Below, piece after piece: positions 55,101 to 64,000 of a stretch of DNA of 64,000 bases. How positions within the stretch are numbered: the stretch's first letter is position 1; the number at the start of each line of letters is the position of its first letter. The stretch covers positions 3,635,909 to 3,699,908 of the forward strand of contig CM074804.1 of the NCBI GenBank assembly GCA_037447605.1. The letters run 5' to 3'. The translations under genes were made by a program, and so were the position numbers. This DNA comes from Zygnema circumcarinatum SAG 698-1b. Taxonomy: Eukaryota; Plantae; Zygnematophyceae. Below the pieces are notes generated by a model that worked only from the letters and a program-made list of their open reading frames with translations, was not told the DNA's origin and made no database searches.

Positions 55101-58100
55101 GCTTGAAAGATGTGGGCTTAATGTGGATGTTCTATTCTCATCATCCTCGGAAGTATAAAGCTGGAGGCTGGTGTACAGGAATTTGTGCTCTCCTTCTTGC
55201 CGCCTTTGGTACTTGAAAATGGCCTGCCCTTCGACATTGAGGCTACTGTCGTGGCTGCGGAGAATGGGACTTGCTGCAGATGCAGCATCCCGACAGGTAA
55301 AGGAGGCAACTTCAGGATGGAAGAGTGCTTGAATTGCAGCCGTGCCGCTCTTGCCACAATCCAAACCTACCCTTCACATCAGTGCTTTTAAAGCAGCCCT
55401 GAAGCAATTGGTTTTAGTTCTAAGTGAACCTTTAGACAACAATTTAGTCTGGTGGTTGGAACTCTCTTGTTTGTCATTTTTTTTTTAGTCCTTGCTTTTA
55501 CTCAGCTTTCACTGTGCGGCTTGATGTGACCGCAATGCTCCCAATGGCACTGCTAGTTACTGAAGTTTTACTTAGCATTTCTCGGCCGTTTCCCTCTCAC
55601 GCATCCCTTATGTCCGCTCTTGGCTTGACCGCAGGGAAGCACGTAGAACTTCATAGCTTTACTTTGAGCGAGCAGATTGAGCTGGCCCTCTCTGTAAGTC
55701 ACAATTCGTTTGGGCAGCTCATTTGTCTACTCTTTTTGCAACTGGCTCTTTTGAAGAAGAAGCTGACAGGCTACAGCCAACAGCTATTGCTAAGTTGCGC
55801 ATTCTTTGATGCTCAACTTTTTGTCCTTGGAGTGTCCAGGTGCCTTCTTTGCGGGCTTCAAGTGGAGCAGCGCAGCATACTCCCATCCACCTGCCGCTCA
55901 AGTGAGCCTCATCTCCTCTTTCCCAATGTTTGTAGCCGGTTCTTGGAGTGCAGTGCTCATGAAAAACGTTGCGCATGTCTGCAGCTATATGCTCGAAAGC
56001 AACGCAATTTTGGCAGGCCTGCCTGGAACGCAGCTTCCAAAGGAACTAACCTTACAGACAGCCAACAACAGCAGGAAACTGCACGTGAAACTGGACAACA
56101 GGTGCAGTTCCTCAAACCTACATTACCGTGAATGCACATTGGACGTAAAGTTAAATGCACAATGAATTCAATGTTTCAGCACGCGGCTGAGGGAACAGGA
56201 GGGCTTTGCGTAGTGAGAGGATGAGAAAAGCGTTCCTTTTGTTGCAGGGCCACACGTAAGCCTCTGCTTCGCCGTGTAGCGGTGTTTTCGCCCTTCTGGA
56301 TTGTCAATGAAGCTGGCATTGATTTGCAATTGATGAGCAGTGATAACGAGCCTGTCCAATGTCCTTCTAATGAGGTAAATGACTCTGTGATATCACTGCA
56401 CCCAAACAGAGCTAATCTATTGCAAAATTCAGACACTACGTATTTTTTCACTGTTGCGCATGCTGGATGCCCCGCAAGCGTACTATTGCTCTGTGCTTGC
56501 ATGAACTCAGAATTTTGGCTTACCCTGCAAGGCTTCTCCTGCAAATGACATGCTTGTCCCTTCACTCTGTCCTCTCGTTATATCAGAGTTGTAATGCCAC
56601 AAGGAAAGCACACAAACTAATCCTGTCTACTCGTGAGTGGAACTAAGGAAAGCGGAATGTGGGGGTTGTTGCAGGCTGGTCCATTGGTTCCAGTTCTGTT
56701 GACTGTTACTGGATCGCACACAGCGCTTTCCGTGCAGCAGGGAGAGTGGTCTCGGCGCATCCCCATCGCCTCTGTGGGAATCAAAGGAGCTGTCTCATGC
56801 GCGGCTCAGCTCGCAGGCAGCAACAAGGGAGAGGTCCTTGTGCTCTCCCTCCCCTACCTTTCCTAGCATGGCTGCTATGGTTGCTTTGTGTTCAACCTGG
56901 GAAGCGTTACCATTCGTGCACTGTTTGGCATGCAGGTGCTATTGAAATGGCTGTATGAATTCGGGGTAGAGGTGACTCTAGGGCCGTCCAACTTCCCGCG
57001 CACCAAAGTGCTGAGAATCACACCGCGCTTTGTCCTCGTGAACGCGACCGGACAGGATCTGGAGATCGTGCAAAAGGATACTGCGGAAAGCAAAGTGCGG
57101 ACTCACACTGCAGCCCTTCTTTCTCTCTGACAGTCATGTGCTCCATTCATGAACTTCAAAAGTGAGGATTGCGGTTGGTCTTGTTGGAGGGCTACAGATC
57201 TTGAAGAGTGAATCGCGGCTCGCACATCACTGGGTCAGCAGCGAGAAAGAACACCGGATTGCGGTCCGACTGGTGAAGGATGGCCCTTGGGATTGGTCGG
57301 GGAGCTTCGACTTGGACAAAGCCGGGGAATTTGCCGTGCGTGTGAGACATGCTGATACAGGTAAGCTACTACCACTATTTTGCATGGAAATGATTTCATG
57401 AAAGAGTCGTAGACTTTTCCTCTGTGCACCGTTGGAGTGCATAAGGTGAATTGGAAGTTTCGATAGGCATCTAATGTGAGAAATTGGCGGTAAATAGGCG
57501 CTTGCTAACTCCAGCTTCTTCTGTTCGCGTAGTGTCTTTCTCGAGATTTTTTTCAATAAAATCTGAGACTCTTTCTATCCAGCCATCCGGTTGGCTGCCT
57601 ACTGCTCTCAGTTCCCCTAATAATTGTCATGCGAAGTTTCTGTTAATCTATCGTATCACCAGTTTGATGAGATAATTGTGACAAGGAACCTTTCAAGCTC
57701 ATCGCAGCTGAAATTAGTCCGAACTAATTCAGGTCATTATTATCCGCTATCATCGAATCTGCTTAGCCGCAAGGAACCACATTCTCTTTTACAATTTCTT
57801 GCAGGGCTGTATACCATCATCTCCATTGATATTTCTCCTAATGGGGCCTCCGCTCTGATCACTTTTGATATTTGCGAAGGCGTGAAGAAGTACGCCCCCT
57901 ATCGGTATGTTCTTTGGTTTCGTTTGACTTCGTATCTTAAATTTTGGAGATAGCACAGAGACTTCCGGGACAAGTTTTCACTCCTCTGATGCGGAGTTTT
58001 TTGCAGGCTGGAGAACCAGTGCAGCAGCGTGACTCTCACTGTGGGGCAGAAGCACGCGGGAAGGCAGCAAGTCCTGGCCCCAAAATCTTCTATGTCATAC

Positions 58101-61100
58101 GCCTGGGATGAGGTAGGCTGTTTGGGAACGATGTATGGGGGCTCAAAAGGAAGCTGAACTGAACTGAGGACGATGGCATCTTTTTTTTTGGTCAATCAGA
58201 ATGAAATCGATCAAGCAAGCATGCTTTACATTAGTTCCCTTTGTTGCCTACAAAATGACCTCGCAGTTCCGCTATTCACGAAGTCCTATCTCCACGGTGG
58301 TTTTTTCCTTTTTTGGCAGCCGAAATCTCCACAACTGCTGGTGGTAGAGTTGAAGGATTACGAAATTGTCCGCGAGTATACCCTCGACGATATCAAGTCT
58401 CGTCCCGCCATTCCTCTGCAGGGGCATGGAGGGTATCTCTTCTCAGACTCCCTGCACTAACAGCTCAAAACTGCTCCTACTTTTCACCGTTTCTTCATAG
58501 CACGCGTGGGCTCGTAATGCTGGGAACTGACTGATAATTCAGTCATTAAATTTGTGGAGTGTTGGAACAGGTTTCTTAATGGATTAACATTGCCCGTGTA
58601 TGGAGGTGATGTGGAGCACGTTTATGTCAGTCTCTATGCGGATGGTGCAACTCGAGTTCTGTTGTTTTCTGACAGTGAGAAAGCAGTTTCAAGGTGGGGA
58701 AATTGTCATTATCTCCTTGGAGGAGACTATGTTGACCAAATGTTTCCTCTTCCCATTCCTGTAGCCGCTAAGCTTTTGCAAGAGTACCTCTGTCCCTCCA
58801 CTTGTTACATAATACTGAAAATATGTTGCGGTACAGAGGTGAAGAGGAGGAACGAGAAAGTGTTCTGTCGAAGCTGCATGCGACTGTGAAGCACATCACA
58901 GCAGTGAAGGAGCTTCTAGAGCAATGGGGAGTACAGGTACGCAATGACCTTTCGGTCACCTTTTCAGCCCTTCACCACAGCTGTAATTTACTGAACAAAC
59001 AGTCGAGAATATCAGTGTGTAGCAGCTGGAGAGGCACCTGATGCAGCAGAATGGCAAGGTATGCTCTTGCTTCTCGGCATGGTTCAGCTTGCATACGTCT
59101 CATCTAGCGCAGAGTTTGCTAAAACAGGTGCTGGCTCCATGCAGGCTGATGAGCTGGAACAAGCAATATACTCGAAACGTTTAGATTCCACTGACGACGT
59201 ACATGGAGATGATGAAAGGGCGGTGGACAACGCCGATCTGGAAAGCATAAGCATGAAGGAACATGAGCAGAAGTCGCCTGCAGGGGAGGGTGAAGGCGGT
59301 TCTGCAGCTCACGGCTTGCCAGCCCTAGCGGAGGAGGATGCAGTCCTTGAGATAAGCGGTGAAGCGATGCAGCCCGAACGTGAGGGAAAAGGTATTGCAT
59401 CCGAATCAGAAAATTTTGGATTGGATATGCTTTCCTTCGCAGACGGCTCTGGAAAGGGACCAAGAACAGCTGAGGCAATGACGGATAGAGTTGTGTTCAG
59501 CAATGGGCAGTGGCCCGAAGAGGGGAACCCAAACGTCAATGCAGCCTCTCAGGCAACTGTCGTAGGCTTGCATGCCGGACACGGGTTCTTCAGTGATGTT
59601 TCTGCCAAAGGGGCCAGCTCGTCTCTGGCCATAGTAAGGCAGGCAGCTGCATTGCCAAAGAGATTGTACAGAGGCCTTGACAACTGGCGGCAACATGAGA
59701 TAGCGAGGGAGGAACGCCGGCAGAAAGTGGCGGATGAAGAAGCCGAGGCAGTGGCGTCCTCAGCCGCCAATGACATGGCAGTCAGCCTGAATGTTATCCA
59801 TGGTCGACGAGTCAGTCCTGAAGGGTTGGAGATTGCTGGTGGAGACCTCTTTGTGCGCATTGTGGCTGCTCGAGATTTAGCCTCCAGGAGCGAGGCTTGC
59901 AATCCGTACGCATTGGTGAAGGTGGAGAATCTTCTTCCCTTCCTTGAGAGTTTGTGCAAATGTGAGCTGAGAGGCTTAATGAGAGCTTGCGGATTTATGA
60001 AACGAGATTAAACGAATTGCTTATGTGGTCTTTGTAGTGTCTTTCTGTTCTCCACTTCATCGAATGCACTTTAAAATGCCTTCCCTTACGTTCGGCAGTT
60101 TGCATACTTTATGCTTTTTTGTGTCACTGACGGTGCTTTTAGCATTCGTCAAGGAGTCGCGGAGTCCAACAAGTGAAGGCACTCTGAGATGAGATAGACA
60201 GGGTAGAGCACAAACGTCTGCGTCTCTCTCCCCCCCACCAGTACTCCTCCCATTTTCCGTCTCCTTGTGTTCCATTAAACAAGGGACGAAGGCCATTACT
60301 AGTCAGTTACTGATACATGTGTCACTCGATCTGAAAACCTGGAGCAACAGGTGGAGGAACGCAGCAAACGCACAAAGGTTCAACGACGAACAGTGCGGCC
60401 GCAGTGGAACGAGGAACTGCTCTTCAAGGCGGCGTCAGTCACTGCAGACATGTCAGTTGCATTGTACAGCCACAACCCACTGGGAGCGGATACGTTCCTT
60501 GGAGAGGTGATGAAGCACTTTACCTCCTATCGATTAATTATTTAAGTGGTCTCTTCCTTGTTTCCCTCGTCTTCTCTCTTTGTCATTCAGGACTCCTCCG
60601 TTCATGATCCGTTCGGTCATATTAACGTGAGCTCAGGGCACATAGCAGGTCTATCTGCTAGAAGTGATTATCGTGCAGTCCATGTGTTTCTCTCGACAGT
60701 CGGGATCAAGTATAGATTTCAATACTATTACTGGCCTTTAGAGTCACAACCTTTGTAGGGCAACCTATTGATGCAGCTCCAGTAAGGACAGTTCTCTTTC
60801 GAAGCATTTTCATTCAATCGCTTACAACATTTGGGGGCTTTTGCAGCTTCCTCCAATTTCAACGCTTCCCCTCTTACTGTTTGCCTGTCACTGCCAAAAA
60901 AATTAATGGGACTTCAGGGAGGGCTGCAGGTAGTCTTGCCTCTGCCTGAAAGTGCGACTGAACTTAACCGCAGCCTCCAATGGCACACGCTGAGGCGACG
61001 AAACTTCAAAGACCGTGTCAGTGGAAGCGTAGCTCTGGCCACTGTGTGGCAAGCCACGGAGCTCGAGCTTCTGTCTTTTCAGGTGCTGCCTTTCCTGCCA

Positions 61101-64000
61101 TTACTGCTTTTGTTGTGCAGAACACTACTGCATGTCAGAGATAATTTCCAAGTAATGCATGTTCTGACGACGACCTGCCCTGAAAGGTGACTCTGAACAT
61201 TATGTGACTATGTATGTATGCGCTTGTTATTTGTCACAGCTTCAGGAAAGAGAGGCAGTGCTCGCGCGCCTCGAAGAGCTGTTGGCGTTGCGGAGAGAGA
61301 CTTTGCAGGAGGAGGGTTTGGTTGCCCCGCCACTGCAGACCCCGCTGATGTCAGCAAGCGATGAGGCCCCCCTCGCCGATTCAGCGTTGGATCTTGCAAA
61401 GCAGTCGCTTCGCTGGTCACTGAGGGGGACACTTCAGGTCCCACTTGCTCCTTCACCGTGCTGAAGCAAACGTCGATTTTTTCGCAGCTTGTTTGTTGCT
61501 TGCTTGTTGTTTTTTTGCGGTTCATTTGAATGATGGGGACTCTTCGTAGATTTCGAGCTTACAGCATCATCTGTTTGACGGCGTTTCTGCTCTGGGGAGC
61601 ATGCTGCAACTCCTGTAGATTTTTTAGTTCATAGCATCTCTCGCAGTTTGAATTTAAACGACAAAAGCTGCTCAGATGTGCACAATCTGAATTTTCTGCT
61701 GCGCAAGAGACCTCCAGCATGTAACAAATGGAAGGGACGTGGATGACAGGTGTCAGTGATTTCGGCTGTCCACCTAAGAATGCCTCAAGAGTGGCTGCGT
61801 TCAGTGTACACCTGCGATGCATATGTTCTCTTGCGCTGTAAAAACGCGGCTCCTCAGTGCACCGCAGTTATCCCACGGACCTCCTTCCCTGAATGGCATC
61901 AAGCTTTCAGCTTTGCAGATGTGCCGCTGAGCTCAGTACTGCATGTTGAGGTAAGTTGATGGAAGAAACAAGTAATGGCTCATTTGATCGCAGCTTCTCG
62001 TTCCTCTTATCTCTCCGTCGCCCATTGAATGATTCGGCTATTTTCTCGTCGCAGGTGTACCACAAATGGCCACTTGCCCAGGATGTCCTACTGGGGAGGT
62101 CGGAAGTAGCTGTGGCTCTCTTGGAGGTGCGCTTCCCCCGAAAATTACAATTGCACTGCGCCTGAACTGCATATAGGATTATCCTTTTTCCCGCCTACCT
62201 CCTTCTGGGTTCTACATGGATTTTGGCAAACTAAGGATGCTTTTGATGCTGAAAATTGAACAGTATATTCTATTTTTCAACTGATGGTGGCCTTGTTTTG
62301 TGAGGTGTTCTGCCAGGATAAGTTGCCCCAATACATGTGGCTCAAATTGCGCACTGCTGATCAGCCGGTGCGTTGTCGACAGTTCAAATGCCCTAGAAAT
62401 GTGAAAAGCCAATAATTCGTTGTGGTAAATCGACTTTTGTGCGCTGTGCCTCCCTGGCATTTGTGGCGATTCATAGTCAAGAGCTACTATTCCAAAGCTT
62501 CTTCCCATGTAGCGGCCATGTCCTGAAACTCATCGCACCTTGAAGGGTGCAGGAAGGGGGCCTTGCCCGCATTCGTGTGCGTCTGCAATGGAGCACTGGA
62601 AAGGGGATGGCACCGGAGACGGGCTCAGCTGTAGAGGTGCACAAACCTATAAGACCTACACCAAAACAGAACCTGGAAGGAATTTAGAAAAAAACAAAGA
62701 GAACCCAGGTCCATATTGGGTGATGTTTGTTATTTGAGGGGCTGCTTTGGGTGGCGTTATGCAGGTTGCCTTCGAAAGCGTCAGCATCGCAGTTGTGGAC
62801 CATGTCCCACGAGAAGTTCTACACATCCTCTTGCGCGGGTTGCGAGCAGAATATACTGATTTGGTAAGCTTCGTCCATCATCACAACAACCTGAAATGCT
62901 GTTTCCCTGCTGCAAACTTCATTGGCTGAAGAATTTCCTCTTTTTTATTCTGTAGGCGCGAGAACAGGCAACACGTATCCGGTTAGGAAGCGTTCAGGTC
63001 GATAACCAACTGCTCACATCGCGAGAACCGGTGGTGCTGCAGGCCACTCAGGTGCGCTTGAATGGCTCTGTTAATGTGTTTACTTCAATAGATGGACAGG
63101 AATCAACCCTTATAATTCTGAAAGGTGAAACCTTTAGAAGTGCAAGTGGGCTAACCTTGGAGTGCTGTGTGGCAGCGGGAAGGCCGGCGCCTGCACAGTG
63201 AGGAAGGGGCCAAGCCGCTGCTGCTGCTCGAATGGACGCGCTTGAAGTCGAGTCCGAGCATTGGGCACTTCCGCAACCTTCTGTTCATGCTTCGGGAGGT
63301 GGACCTGCATGTGGAGGAAGACCTGGCTGATGCAATTATCACCTACGTCATGGAGCTGCCGACACAAGACCTCTGGCAGGAGCAATGTAGACCAAAGCAA
63401 GACAAAAATTCGGTGGGTGGGAAATACTTACCGTCGTAAAGTTTTGATCTCAAGTGATTATGTAGAGGGAATTGATATGCATACGCTTGGCCGTCAAAAT
63501 GCAGGCGGAGAATGCGGATGACAGGAGTGTGGGAGTGCTGATTCAACCACAAGGCTGGGTTCCCGGTAGGCAGGTGCGTCGATTGTGGTTGGCAGTTTCC
63601 TACATTTGGAGGGTATGTCCATGCAATTGTAAAAAAATAGGTATGCTTAGAACATCCTCCGAGTATTATAGGCACTCAGGATTGAGATAGTTGGCGAAGT
63701 TTCAAACTCATCTGCCGTGGTGACAATTGCAAACTTACTGAAGTCAGTACGCGATTCTAGCTTTCACAGCAACAAGCAGATATTTTCCTAGTTCTGCAAA
63801 TTTCCAAGATTGTGAATTCCTGTTTGTAATACCTGACTGTCTTCCTACGCTTTTGCTCTAGGCGTTGAAGGTATGAAATATTTGTGCAAGTTGATGCATC
63901 GTTTATTATGCCTAGAAGACAGTGTGTTATTGTAGCTCAACCATAACTTAGCATTATGTTACAATTGTTCACTTCCTTTAGTCGATCTCAATCAAATTGT
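33744..64000 (+). CDS. VPS13: VPS13-family bridge-like lipid transfer protein, many exons, 3' end beyond the window
   Basis: The Chorein-N-like start spans exons 33744-33915, 34126-34200 and 34301-34413 (VLDRLLCRFL...AVSWRGLTLQNLHIGPAALQRLDFPLQIT...EVRWPW). Other VPS13-like exons: VQQRLDVVMEDVSLKW (about 36220-36290), VHVDELSVALIDD and LAVSYLNSTIE-DVVMEPWPVEA (51.9-52.9 kb), VAB/SHR-BD repeats YRIVNLTGLELYYW, VPLVVDVTLHNRTKIVTVHSTIRVDNNT, RTKVLRITPRFVLVNATG, WDWSGSFDL and SYAWDE (53.5-58.1 kb), and VPS13_C-like VAFESVSIAVVDHVPREVL, LGSVQVDNQL and LREVDLHVEEDL (62.7-63.4 kb). Many exons between 36 and 51 kb were not individually resolved. Confidence 0.88.
47673..47725 (+). repeat. Degenerate (GCTCA)n pentamer microsatellite in a VPS13 intron
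   Basis: cagctcagtgtacagctcagtgctcagtgctctcagctcagctcagttcagtg. Confidence 0.7.
48898..49062 (+). repeat. CT-rich low-complexity polypyrimidine tract in a VPS13 intron
   Basis: About 165 bp of almost pure C and T with (CT)n subrepeats. Confidence 0.85.
52133..52176 (+). repeat. (CT)22 microsatellite in a VPS13 intron
   Basis: Perfect dinucleotide run of 44 bp. Confidence 0.95.
59836..60508 (+). other. C2 domain 1 within the VPS13-like protein (split over exons)
   Basis: GGDLFVRIVAARDLASRSEACNPYALVKVE, then KRTKVQRRTVRPQWNEELLF...MSVALYSHNPLGADTFLGE. This is a canonical C2 pattern. Confidence 0.8.
61750..62128 (+). other. C2 domain 2 within the VPS13-like protein (split over exons)
   Basis: VSVISAVHLR...CDAYVLLRC...CTAVIPRTSFPEWHQAFSF...VLHVE, then VYHKWPLAQDVLLGRSEV. 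This is a C2 pattern. Confidence 0.75.

Noticed and set aside
55514-56131. 205-aa plus-strand ORF
   Set aside because: It overlaps VPS13 intron and exon sequence, starts from a non-ATG codon, and has no recognisable family features.

Overview
Intron-rich eukaryotic nuclear DNA from a green plant, most likely a streptophyte alga (inferred from the gene set, compact GT-AG introns and a VPS13 architecture I do not recognise from land plants). I assembled seven protein-coding gene models by hand from splice sites and remembered family motifs. In order: thylakoid FtsH (type A, +), a transit-peptide-bearing split-barrel/FMN-binding-like protein (-), a four-CRM-domain CFM2-like splicing factor (+), a BOU-like mitochondrial carrier (+), proteasome lid subunit RPN3 (+), XRCC4 (-), and a VPS13-family lipid-transfer gene of more than 30 kb (+) that runs off the right edge. 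Non-coding features include a degenerate (AAACCCT)n telomere-like tract, a G-box/ABRE cluster, an intronic 35-bp-arm hairpin, and a 3-kb island of nested inverted and direct repeats between RPN3 and XRCC4. The most interesting leads are: (1) a VPS13 that appears to begin with a hydrophobic membrane anchor and carries two C2 domains before its C-terminal domain; (2) an inverted-repeat-bounded element containing a possible spliced mini-gene whose last exon is duplicated outside the element; (3) a candidate 3-nt microexon. No database searches or structure predictions were run. I found no tRNA, rRNA or CRISPR array.
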